This document shows positions 1 through 11,593 of a DNA stretch of 64,000 bases, in pieces. The position numbers were made by a program, and so were the translations under genes. Each line of letters opens with the position of its first letter. The first letter of the stretch is position 1. The DNA is from Octopus sinensis (taxonomy: Eukaryota), in the NCBI RefSeq assembly GCF_006345805.1, contig NC_043002.1:7502001-7566000 (forward strand). Direction: 5' to 3'. The notes below the pieces were generated by a model that was given only the letters and a program-made list of their open reading frames with translations, did no database searches and was not told the DNA's origin.

Positions 1-85
1 TGAATGTTAACATTAATTTATCTATCTGTTCTCCGATCTATCTATCGCCCTCTCTCCTCTCTCTCTCATTCTCTCTCAAACACTT

Positions 86-161
<76 letters not shown>

Positions 162-169
162 ACAATTGC

Positions 170-317
170 ACACAAAATTAAATTTAAATGTTGAAGTGAA
201 TCTAACGGTTTTTGTGTGTTTCTTAAATGGCTTATAAACACCTTCCACGCTGCAATTGTTTTCGTTCCAGTACACGATCTCAGATCAAGTAACTCGCTAT
301 GCAAGTACATCTCCGTA
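170..317 (+). mobile_element. Penelope-like element terminal fragment (family P1), portion downstream of the hammerhead
   Basis: Homologous to 7080-7255 and 20831-21066. Starts just past where the hammerhead ends in the 7.1-kb copy, and its 3' end (catctccgtaa) runs into (TA)n. Confidence 0.6.
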
Positions 318-419
318 AATATATATATATATATATATATATGTATGAAATGTATGTATGTATGTATGTATGTATGTATGTATGTATGTATGTATGTATG
401 TATGTTTGTATGTATGTAT

Positions 420-630
420 CCTTTTATTCTTTTACTTTGTTTCCGTCCTTTGACTGCGGCCATGCTAAAGCTCCGCTTTTTATCGAACAAATCGACCTTA
501 GGATATATTATTTGTAAGCCTAGACTTATACTATCGCTCTCTTTTGCCGAACCGCCAAGTTACGGTGACGTAAACTCACCGACATCGGTGTCAAGCTAAG
601 ATAGGGGGACAAACACAGACACGCAAACAC
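420..630 (-). mobile_element. SINE family B (tRNA/CORE-type), 3' half
   Basis: Reverse complement of the family B tail (gcatggccgcagtcaaa...ggcggttcggcaaaagag) seen in full at 32949-33365. Confidence 0.8.
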
Positions 631-631
631 G

Positions 632-671
<40 letters not shown>

Positions 672-819
672 ATATATATGTATATGTATATACATACATA
701 TTTATATATATGTAGAGAGAGAGAGAGGGGGAGGAGAGAGATGTATGTATACACATATATCCATATTTATTTGATTATAGAAAGAATTAGGAAAAATGGT
801 ATGATATATATTCATGCAT

Positions 820-1462
820 GCATGCATACATACATACGTACATGCATAGACACACAGACACACATGCATAAACATACACACACACATTCACACACACGCA
901 CGCACACATACACACATACACACATACATACACACATACATACATACATACATACATACATAGATACAAACATACATACATACATACATACATACATACA
1001 TACATACATACATACGTACATACATACGTACATACGTACATACATACATACATACATACATACGTACGTACATACATACATACATACATACATACATACA
1101 TACACACATAATATACATAATAAATACATATAACATACATACATACACACACATACATAAATACGTACATACATACATACATACATACATACATACATAC
1201 ATACGTACATACATACGTACATACGTAATACATACATACATACTACATACATACGTACGTACATACATACATACATACAACTACATACATACACACACAT
1301 ACATACATACATAAATACATACATACATACATACATACGTACATACATACTACATACGTACATACATACATACATACATAATACATACATACATACATAC
1401 ATACATACATACATACATACATACATACACATCATACATACATACACAGACATACATACATA
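820..1462. repeat. (CATA)n/(CA)n compound microsatellite, representative of dozens of such tracts in the window
   Basis: Directly visible tandem tetra- and dinucleotide repeats. Confidence 0.95.
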
Positions 1463-3097
1463 GGTGCAGCCTTACAACACCCAAACACACAAAAGAGCCA
1501 AAAACGATATTGTTGAAGAGTGGTTTTGAAGGAGGGTTTGGGTGACCAGGTCAAGAAATGCCTATAACAGTCCGAACAAAATAGATGTTGCCCTTTGACG
1601 GACAAGAATAGACGCCATGTGGCGCTGATGACAGTCCGAAAAAAGTATCCGGGTGCGGTTATACTTTCTCTTAACTCCTAACTATCTAACCCCTATCTCC
1701 AGATTTAGATCGTTTGGGGGTGAGGGGGGGGGAGAATTTTCGTGGTTCATTTTTACTGCGGGTTCTGTTTCGACTTTCTGCTGCACTAAAACACGCCATT
1801 TCGATTCAAAGTGTTTATGAGTTACGTGTCTTTATTGTCTTGTATGCGTGTGTATTTATGTGCATGTGTGTGTATGTCGACGTAATGTGTTCGAATGAAT
1901 TGTTAATAGGCGGGAGTACGCATAAAGCTGTGTTAACACACACACATACACTGACATACACTTACACATGCACATACATGCAAACATATAGACGCATAGA
2001 GGCAGAGAGATAAAAATACACACACATACGACTATTAATCCTTGAAAATAAAATGTTTATGTAGTTGCATCAGCCTATTCATTTGAAAGAAATGTGAATA
2101 TGTGTGTGTGTGTGTGTGTGTGTAAGTGTATGTGTGTGCGCGTGTGTGTGTGTGTTTGTGTGTGTGCGTGTGTGTGTATGTGTGTGTACGTGTGTAGAGA
2201 GAGAGATAGACAGAAAAATATGTGAGCGTGTATCTGTGTCTGTGTCTCTATGTGTATGCGTGCGCGCGCGCAAACACACACACACACACACGCACGCACA
2301 CATACACACAACCATACACACACACGTGAGTATAAGTCTATATATACATATATATATACACAAATATATATGCATATATAGTCTTATACTAATTCATAAA
2401 TACGTACACATATATGTGTATGTATCCATATGCGTATTAGTATACCTATACATTTATATATACATGTTAGTATGTGTGTGTATGTATCTGTGTGTGTGTG
2501 TGCTTGCATTTCTGTTTATGCGTCTAGCTATATGCACGTATATATACACGGATGTATGAATGCATTTATGTCCTATGTACGTATGTATGTAAGCATGCAT
2601 CTGTATATGTATACATGCGTACATGCATTCAAATGTATATATATATATATTATATATATTATATATATATATATAGTCCCATTTTGTATTTTGATAAATA
2701 TATATATATATAATGTATGTATGTATGTATGCCTGAATATACGTATACATGTATATATGTCTGTATCTATATGTATGCATGCCTGTATGTAGATGGTCTT
2801 ACATGGTGGTACGTGTGCATTTATGTATGCATGTATGTGTGTGTGTGTGCACGTGTATGACAATTAAAAGGAAGGAAATTCACTCGTCCTTTCTTTTCTT
2901 CATTTTGTTACCATTGCAGAAAGAGACATTAATATAAGGATATATGTATATATATATATATACATTCATACAGACCCATATATGTTTGCATGTATGTATG
3001 TATGTGTGTATGTATGTATGTATGTGTGTATGTATGTATGTATGTATGTATGTGTGTATGTATGTATATATATATATATATATATATGTGGGGGGGG

Positions 3098-3473
3098 GGC
3101 TGTTTTAACTCTTGGAAATTCTTCGCCATTCTTCATCTTTCTCCTTACCCCGTTCCTCTTACCCCACTATCATACACTCTGTATCTTTCCTGTCTCTTTC
3201 TCCCAATACATTCATACATACACACATACATACATATGTACATACACACATACGTACATATACATAACTATATATACATGTATATATATATACACATATA
3301 TATGTATATGTATGTATATGTGTGTATGTATGCGTGTGTGTATGTATATATGTATATATATATATATGTATATATATATGTGTGTGTGTGCGTATATATA
3401 TATATGTATATATATATGTGTGTGTGTGCGTATATATATATATGTAGAGCAAGAGAGAGAGAGAGAGATGGAG

Positions 3474-3526
<53 letters not shown>

Positions 3527-3805
3527 TTGACATATACATATACATATACGTATATAAATACATTCATACATCCGTATATATATTATGGATATACACACAT
3601 AAACAAAAAAGCAATCACACACAAATATACATATATATACACAGACACACACACTGACATGTATATAAATGTATAGATATACTAATACGCATATATATAC
3701 ATACATATAAACATATATATACATCTACGTACGCGCATATATACATGCGTATGTATGTATGTATGTATGTATGTATGTATGTATGTATGTATATATGTAT
3801 GTATG

Positions 3806-3839
<34 letters not shown>

Positions 3840-3969
3840 TGTATGTATGTATGTATGTATTAGGAGAAAGAGAGAGGTAATGATATAGTGTGTATGATAG
3901 TGGGGTAAGAGGAGAGGGTAGGGAGAAAGATGAAGAATGGCGAAGAATTTCCAAGAGTTAAAACAGCCC
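3098..3969. repeat. Inverted duplication with ~115-bp arms (3098-3215 and 3855-3969)
   Basis: ggctgttttaactcttggaaattcttcgccattcttcatctttctcc... recurs as its reverse complement ...ggagaaagatgaagaatggcgaagaatttccaagagttaaaacagcc. Confidence 0.9.
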
Positions 3970-4644
3970 ACATTTGCTGGCCATGTTAACCTTTCTGCTC
4001 ATTTAATCACCTCATTGATGGGGGTTGGAGTGGACGAGGGGTTACACGGAAAATCACCGACGAAACTGGGGAAAGAGAACTTAAACAAAAAATCAGAAAA
4101 ACAATGAATTAAATAAATGAAAGAATAAATAATGAAAAGATGTTGGGAATAAAGAAAAATGTATGAAGAGGGGTGCGAGGATATAAATTATTCCTTATCT
4201 CCCCGTCTTCAATTCGCATTAAATAACATTAATTAATTGGTTAGTTATTATTAATTCTTTCAGAAAAGTATAAAACGTCACCCACGACTGCCACATCAAT
4301 GAGAATACTCGAAGAACGTCTACGTGGTGGTTCATTCTGCTAGAAATAGCAGTCAAATCTTCCTCAAAGACAAACAAGTTGGATTGCTTACGTCTTGAAA
4401 AAAGAAGAGATGGTCTCAACTGAATGGTTTTGTTCATAAATCTATGAGAAAAGATTATCGAGGAGTTGAATAATAACATCAATAAGGTAGCCACTCCGTC
4501 GTTATTCGATCTGCTACAAATAGTAGCCAAATCTCCTTCAAAATATAGATCACCATCTTAAAAACGGTCACGCTAAGTAATGTTGTCCACTGCTTGAAAT
4601 AAAGAGAATAGGATACCCCTTCATCATAGGGTTACAGGATCAGG

Positions 4645-5026
4645 GTTGAGGCGTAGTGGCCCAGTGATTAGGGAAGCGGATTCGCGGTCATAGGATCGCG
4701 GTTTCGATTCCCAGACCGGGCGTTGTGTCTTTATTGAAGGAAAACACCTAGAACTCCACGGGTCTCCGGCAGGGGATAGTGGCGAACCCTGCTGTACTCC
4801 CTCACCACAACTTTCTCTCACTCTTTCTTCCTGTTTCTGTTGTACCTGTACTTCAAAGGGCCGGCCTTGTCACACATTGTGTCATGCTGAATCTCCCCAA
4901 GAACTATGTTAAGGGTACATGTATCTGTGGAATGCTCAGTCACTTGCATGTTAATTTCATGAGCAGGCTGTTCCGTTGATCGGATCGACTAGAATCCTCG
5001 TCGTCGTAACCGACGGAGTGCCACGG
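4645..5026 (+). mobile_element. SINE family C (tRNA-Arg-like head), full length
   Basis: tRNA-like head with A box (tggcccagtg) and B box (ggtttcgattcc). 10-bp TSD caggatcagg at 4635-4644 and 5027-5036. Homologous to 17280-17665 and 57399-57776. Confidence 0.9.
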
Positions 5027-5099
5027 CAGGATCAGGACTGACCCTGGGCCAAACAACAGTAGCAACGACTACTTCCACTTGAAAGTTCAATTACCTCTC

Positions 5100-5680
5100 A
5101 TACCGCTGCCACCACCACCATTTTAACCACTATTACCACGCACCCCATCCACCAACACAACCACCACCTCAACCGCACACTTACACCACCGCCAAAAATA
5201 ACAGTAGAACGATCGCCATATCTACTAACCACCCTTCATTCCCCGCCACCTTCACCTCCGCACCACCATTACTTCTTGTACCACCACCACCACCACTACC
5301 ACCACCACTGCAACCATTTCTACCCTTATCATTATTACTGTCACCTTCAGCTCGATTTCCACCTCACCACATCAGCCTCATCGCCTCCACAAACCACCAC
5401 CACCGTCATCACCACCACGTCCATCATTGCCACCACCACCATTTCCACAACCCCACCACCACCATCATCATCACTACAGCCACCACCATTGCCACTACTA
5501 CCATCATCACCACCACTACCATGATCACCACCAATAACCATGTTCACCACTACCACCATCATCTTCACCACCGCTTCCATCATTACCAACAACATCACTA
5601 CCCACCTTCCAACGACTCCTACCGCCACATAATCACCATTTCTACTAACTTCCACCACCTTCATTTCTATCATCCCACTT
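5100..5680. repeat. Degenerate (CAC/CAT)n low-complexity tract
   Basis: Cryptic trinucleotide repeat that explains the His/Thr/Pro/Val-rich ORFs here. Confidence 0.85.
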
Positions 5681-5825
5681 TCTGTCCATGAGGGTTATTT
5701 TGCGAAATAACAATAAAAAACCCACTACATTTATTTATTTGTTTTCATTAACCTAACTGCTTCTTCCCCACCCACCCACCCACCCACTTCGCCACATCTA
5801 CTTCAGAGTGTTTTCATTCCGACCG

Positions 5826-6003
5826 TCGTCTGCCGCTACGTTCTGGGTTCAAATTCCGCCGAGGTCGACTTAGCCTTTCATCCTTTCGGGGTCGATAGAT
5901 TAAGTACCAGTTACGCACTGGAGTCGATATAATCGACTTAATCCGTTTGTCTGTCCTTGTTTGTCCTCTCTGTGTTTGGCCCCTCGTGGGTAATAAAGAA
6001 ACA
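5826..6003 (+). mobile_element. SINE family A, 5'-truncated
   Basis: B box gggttcaaattcc, central gcctttcatcctttcggggtcgata domain, tail gcccctcgtgggtaataaagaaa. Confidence 0.9.
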
Positions 6004-6374
6004 GATATTTTCAATTCTGAACAAATATCCCAGCCAATTCACTCCTATATCTAGCAGGCCGAACCATGGTATTGTAGTTTTTACCTTCGCGCCACATTTA
6101 TTCGCTTTTACCTTTTACCCTTGTATTCGTTCAAGCACCGACTTGAAGGGTTTCGTTGAACAAACCTCCCAGCTGCTAAGTCACGGCGAAGTGAAGAAAT
6201 CAATACCTATTGACAAACGGAGAGATGAGCACAAACACACATACCCAAGTGTGTGCGCACATAGACATACACACGAGCGTGCGCGTGCATACATACATAC
6301 GTACATACATACGTACATACATACATACATACATACATTATATATATATATATATTATATATATATATATATAT

Positions 6375-6419
<45 letters not shown>

Positions 6420-6429
6420 TATATATATA

Positions 6430-6640
6430 GTTGAATTTTACAGAATTTTACAGAAAGAAAAACAAAAGACGAAAATTGCGTAAACAACAAACAGGTGTAT
6501 TAGTTTACCGCTCGGGAAGGTGAGAAAGTGTTTTACGCTTCGGGTCTATGCTCTTCAACAGAAAGGAACACGAGGAAGCAAACAGAGAGAGAATAAAACA
6601 AAACTTTCGGAGCTAGCGGTCGATCATGGCGGCTGGCTGG
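6430..6640 (-). mobile_element. Penelope-like terminal fragment (family P2) with a decayed hammerhead at 6530-6565
   Basis: Homologous to 10251-10458. Minus strand reads CUUU-CUGUUGA-A-GAGC-AUAG-ACCC-GAA-GCGU-A-AAAC, with stem II and A15.1 mutated. Flanked by (TA)n. Confidence 0.6.
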
Positions 6641-7079
6641 ACAAAGCATATATATATATATATATATATATAACCACTCACGCACGACGGGTTTCCACAC
6701 AGCTTCTATCTACTATATATACTCAAAAGGCACTGGTTGACCTGGAGTTATATAGTTGAAGACACATGCTCCTGGTGCTGCCTTGTGGGACTGAACCATA
6801 AACCGCACGGTTGCGAAGCGACTGTTCTTTTATATAATTTTTGTCGCCATTTTTGAATTGTTCTTTGGTTACTTTTTCTTGCTGTCTTGCTTTTTTCTTT
6901 TTTTCTTTTGTTATTGTCCACATAATTTGTACGTATTCTATTCTTCCCCCGTATTTCCCACGATCCGTACAACATCACCTCGCATCATCTTATATCCGCA
7001 CCGAGTTATTTACGGCATTCTCGCACCAAACGTTCGGCAGCAACACATTTTAAATAACGGAGAGTCTGTAGCTTTGTCG

Positions 7080-7255
7080 CGTGGAAGGTGTTTATAAGCC
7101 TTTTTAAGAAACACACAAAAACCGTTAGATTCACTTCAACATTTAAATTTAATTTGTCAAAATATTTTCGTCGCTTTGAGACCGCGACCTGTTCACTGAC
7201 AAAACTTCGTGCTGCACACGATCTCAGATCAAGTCACTCGCTATGCAAGTACATC
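7080..7255. mobile_element. Penelope-like insertion (family P1), two oppositely oriented pieces within one TSD
   Basis: Minus-strand piece 7080-7205 and plus-strand piece 7214-7255. 15-bp TSD tctgtagctttgtcg at 7065-7079 and 7256-7270. Confidence 0.75.
7153..7203 (-). ncRNA. Minimal type I hammerhead ribozyme motif, G3:C8 core variant
   Basis: Minus strand: UUUGUCA-GUGAACA-G-GUCGC-GGUCUCAAA-GCGAC-GAA-AAUAUU-U^UGACAAA. 7-bp stem I, 5-bp stem II, palindromic stem III. Confidence 0.8.
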
Positions 7256-7439
7256 TCTGTAGCTTTGTCGTTCTATAACAGTGATACACTTTAATGCCCG
7301 GAAATGAGCCTCGCAAAATGTTCAGCTGGACATAGTAAGTTTGTACTTAGTTAAGATTATGCTAATTAAGTAGATTTTTACTGAATTTGATATTTGCTTT
7401 TATTTGCTGGATCTGGAGGAAGCTGCATTATCCATGCAC

Positions 7440-7735
7440 TTCTCAGGCTTCCCTGGACGTAAGAGATTGATGTCATTGGAGTTCCTCCCGAACCTTTGTA
7501 AGTCAATACTAGCAGGAAAGACACGAGCAGGAAAGGAATGTCAAAAAGTCGTTCTTGGAAAGAAGTACAGGGAATTGAGTCTAGTGTAGGTTCTGATGAA
7601 TTGGTTACAATAAGGGTAATGAGAGAAACGGAAGAAGAGAATGCTTGCGTGGAGGCAGCATTACTCTAGTCAGCTCTGAAGAGCAGAGGACCTTACGGCA
7701 ACAGTAAAAAGACAAAGAGAGAAGGATAGTTAGTG
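7440..7735 (-). mobile_element. Decayed CR1/Jockey-type LINE ORF2 C-terminus
   Basis: Frameshifted translation SLCLFY..LCSSEL...YFFPRT..SFPARVFPASIDLQRF resembles the LINE terminal motif LSLFYRY..CSSEL...SFFPRT..LWNSLP..VFP...DL..FK. Confidence 0.6.
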
Positions 7736-8491
7736 GTTTTTGTCTTTCCTTTTTAAATAATTTGACTTACTTTTGACCTCGAACATTGGTTTTTGGTATT
7801 TGTCCAGCCTATATTAGTTGGACCACAAATGATATAAAATATTGTAGACAAAAACAGCTAAACAAATGAAGAACTTTGTGGAGTTTATTTCTAAAACGTA
7901 TTCTTGGGATCGTTGCGTCGGGCTTTAAATGTGATTTTTCTTATCTATATCCATCATTTCAGTCTTTCTAAAGATTATGCATAACATTTTTATGTCATTG
8001 CTAAGCTTTCCCAGTATTTTCAAAATATCTCTTGAATTTTTCTAGTCCCCCACATAAGAGGAGTAGTTCGCTGCCGAACGTATACTTCTAAATGCTTACA
8101 AGTCTCTCTCGTACCACTCACTCATTTCCGTTGTTGCCCACACACGACCCCAGCCGGAAGCCCAGTCAGTCTGAATACTCACTTTTGCCATCTGAATGGA
8201 CTGGAACAAGGAGAAGCTTTAAAGCGCTTGGAAAAATATTTTGCGTTTTTTTTTTACGGCTATATACGTTCTGAATTCAAATGCTGCCGAGGATAACTTG
8301 GCTTTTCAGCAGCTAAAACTCCTTCGAATTACACCCTGTGGTATTGGAAACGTAAATATTGAATAACATAGCTCTTAGATCCTTGCAAATTAAAAAAAGA
8401 AACCAGATGATTGCGAATGGAAGGACTTTGACCACTGTGTTGACCTGCACTTAAAGCACAAAAGCGACTACCTTCACTTCTACTACTACTA

Positions 8492-8723
8492 TAACTACTT
8501 CGATTGTTACCATATTTATTTTGAGATGCTCTGTGTTTCTTTCAATTACTTCAAATATAACAAAGAACTTAGTAAAATAATTTAGTTATTATTAAGCTAG
8601 TGTTAAGAATACTAGTTGTGACTAAAGTTTGGTGGAAGATTTTAATTTAGAATTTTTGAAAACAAGATATTTGTATCTCAGAACCAGAGCCGGTTTCAGC
8701 CGGGTTGGTAACGAAAGGGTTAA
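8492..8723. mobile_element. Possible piggyBac-type MITE
   Basis: Right end ggtaacgaaagggttaa (CCC plus TTAA terminus). The left end is only a degenerate match (taactacttcgattgttacc). No ORF. Confidence 0.45.
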
Positions 8724-8920
8724 CACGAACACCAAATCCAAACTGACGATCATCCACCACCACACACATGCCAGTTCGATTACTTCTGTTATTAAAAAGA
8801 AACATCATCATCAATCACCTTAACCAATACACAAGTAACGCAGTCCCAATTACTATACTTAAGCACTACTGCTCACACACACATCAACTGCCCCCACTGA
8901 TAGTAACACTCTGTAATACC

Positions 8921-9336
8921 TATTTCTTTATTACCCAGAAGGGGCTAAACACAGAGAGGACAAACAAGGACAGACAAACAGATTAAGTCGATTATATCGA
9001 CCCCAGTGCGTAACTGGTACTTATTTAATCGACCCCGAAAGGATGAAAGGCAAAGTCGACCTCGGCGGAATTTGAACTCAGAACGTAGCAGCAAACGAAA
9101 TACCTATTTCTTTACTACCCACAAGGGGCTAAACACAGAGAGGACAAACAAGGACAGACAAAGGGATTAAGTCGATTATATCGACCCCAGTGCGTAACTG
9201 GTACTTATTTAATCGACCCCGAAAGGATGAAAGGCAAAGTCGACCTCGGCGGAATTTGAACTCAGAACGTAACGACAGACGAAATACCGCTTAGCATGTC
9301 GCCCGGCATGCTAACGATTCTGCCAGCTCGCCGCCT
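8921..9336 (-). mobile_element. SINE family A, head plus two tandem bodies
   Basis: Two ~184-bp bodies and one head (ggcggcgagctggcag). Candidate TSD tgtaatacc at 8912-8920 and 9337-9345. Confidence 0.92.
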
Positions 9337-9835
9337 TGTAATACCATTATGTCAAGCGCTCCACTACCAGCACCACAGCACCCCTACCACGACTAATATT
9401 ACCCCCACCTTCAACCCATCGGTCTTCAGAATCTTATTACGGTCGTCAGTTAACCCAACTGGCTTTATACATCTTTTTATTGGTTTAATAGAAAATACAG
9501 CCATTATATCGGATACCCGCAGCTATCAATCCTTCGATTACACCCCGCCCTCTCGCACACACAAATACATACACACAAATACATACACATGTACATACAT
9601 ACAAGCGTACATGCATGGATACGTGCATACAAGCACACACATAAATACATAAACAACTGCTCGCACATACACACGCGCGTGCAGACACAGACTTAAGCAT
9701 TTTTCAGATGAATTCACACCTACAAACGCATACACGTATAAAATGAAAGGATTCTCCGTCGGTTTCGGTGAGGAATATTCTTATTGTTCAAGCAGCGAGC
9801 TGATAATAATAATTGTTATTATTCTATGAACATGT

Positions 9836-9975
9836 AGGCGCAGGCGTGGCTGTGTGGTAAGAAGCTTGCTTCCCAACAACATGGTTCCGGCACTTTGGGG
9901 AAGTAGTTCTCTACTATAGCCTCACAAAGACTTGTGAGTGCATTTGGCAAAACGGAAACTGAAGGAAGCCCGTCG

Positions 9976-10006
<31 letters not shown>

Positions 10007-10217
10007 ATGTAGGTATGTATGTATATGCGTGTGTATGTGTTTGTCCTCCCCATTACGCTTGACAACTGGTGTTGTTTTCTTTACGTCCCCCGTAACTTTG
10101 AGGTTCGGTAAGATACCGATAGAATAAGTACTAGGCCTTAAAAAATAAGTCCTGGGGTCGAGTTGTTCAATTAATATCCACCAAGGTTGTGTTCCAGCAT
10201 GACTGAAACAAGTAAAA

Positions 10218-10218
<1 letters not shown>
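9836..10218 (+). mobile_element. SINE family B (tRNA/CORE-type) with internal microsatellite
   Basis: Head aggcgcaggcgtggctgtgtggtaag and tail ccagcatgactgaaacaagtaaaa. More diverged than the 24-kb and 33-kb copies. Confidence 0.85.
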
Positions 10219-10250
<32 letters not shown>

Positions 10251-10253
<3 letters not shown>

Positions 10254-10458
10254 AGAATTCACGAAAAAAAACAACAACAAAAGACGAAGGCAGGTGGTGT
10301 AGAAAACAAACAGATGTATTAGTATAACGCTCGGGAATTGAAAAAGTCTTTAACGTTTCGAGCCTACGCTCTTCTACAGAAAGAGACACAGAAAAAACAA
10401 GGAGAGAAATAAGGAGAGAAAAAAATGTGTGTAGTGGCTACCGATCTATCATGGCGAA
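10251..10458 (-). mobile_element. Penelope-like terminal fragment (family P2)
   Basis: Homologous to 6430-6640, carries a hammerhead motif, and its 3' end abuts (TA)n. Confidence 0.65.
10347..10384 (-). ncRNA. Minimal type I hammerhead motif, A6U core variant
   Basis: Minus strand: UCUUU-CUGUAGA-A-GAGC-GUAG-GCUC-GAA-ACGU-U^AAAGA. 5-bp stem I, 4-bp stem II, ACGU palindromic stem III. Confidence 0.7.
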
Positions 10459-11196
10459 TGTATATGTATGTATACACAAGTATATATACATATATACATA
10501 CATGCATACATGCATGCATATATGCATATATACATACATGCATGCATACATATATATATACATACATGCAAAGATACAAAGATACATACATACATACATA
10601 CATACATACATACATACATACACACATACATACATACACACAATGGTCAAATAGTGAGGAAGTGCGCTTCGCAATCATGAAATACCGATTCCGTTGCAGG
10701 CTTGTTGAGCAAGTGTCGTTTTCTAAAGCCGCGAGTCGACTAATATCTTGTGGGTAAAATTTGGTGGGTGGAAACTGTGTGTAAGCCAGTTGGGTAGAAT
10801 ATATCTGTTTTTCAAAGGTCCAGACTTCATGCACAGTGTCACGCTAATTCCACCTGAAAATCGACACTGAAGGTGTGTGTGTGTGTGTGTCTATGCGTGT
10901 GTGCGCGTGTGTGTAAGTGTGTGTGTGTGTGTGGTGTGTGTGTGTGTGAATGAGAAATTTTTATAAGCTTTCGAGAGAACGTGAGAGGATTCTTCTTTGG
11001 AACATTGGCTTTGAAGGCACTTCACATAAATCTATGAATAATAGCATGTAAATTTTGGGTTGAACCTTTAGGTTAGAAAAAGTCGTAAGCTTCTTTCTTT
11101 AACCTAAAAGAACATGCTATTATTTATAGCTTTATGTGATAATCCTCCAGAGCCGATTTTCCAAAAGAAAAACATACATATATATATATATATATA

Positions 11197-11420
11197 AAGT
11201 TAATCCAAACAAGAAAACACAAAAAACAAAAAACACACAACAACGCGAGGACGTGGAACGAATAAAGTATTATTGGACGCTCAGGAAAGAAGGGAAGAAG
11301 GAGGGTTTAACGTTTCGAGCGGAGCTCTTCGTCGGAAACATGGGAGAAGGAAAGATCCAGAGAAAGGAAGACAGAGGGAAAAAAAATCGCCAGCGGTACT
11401 TACGAGGTCACATATTGAAA
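11197..11420 (-). mobile_element. Penelope-like terminal fragment (family P3)
   Basis: Homologous to 37760-37906 in the opposite orientation, carries a hammerhead motif, and its 3' end (ggattaact) abuts (TA)n. Confidence 0.65.
11305..11339 (-). ncRNA. Minimal type I hammerhead motif, U4C core variant
   Basis: Minus strand: GUUU-CCGACGA-A-GAGC-UCC-GCUC-GAA-ACGU-U^AAAC. All helices pair. Confidence 0.75.
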
Positions 11421-11466
11421 AAGAAAATATGTATGTATGTATGTAGTATGTATGTATTATGTAGTG

Positions 11467-11505
<39 letters not shown>

Positions 11506-11529
11506 GTATGTTGTATGTATGTATGTATG

Positions 11530-11593
<64 letters not shown>

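Noticed and set aside
1622-1652. ctgatga-cagtcc-gaaa as a hammerhead
   Set aside because: Both core boxes are present but stem II cannot pair and no convincing stem I or III forms.
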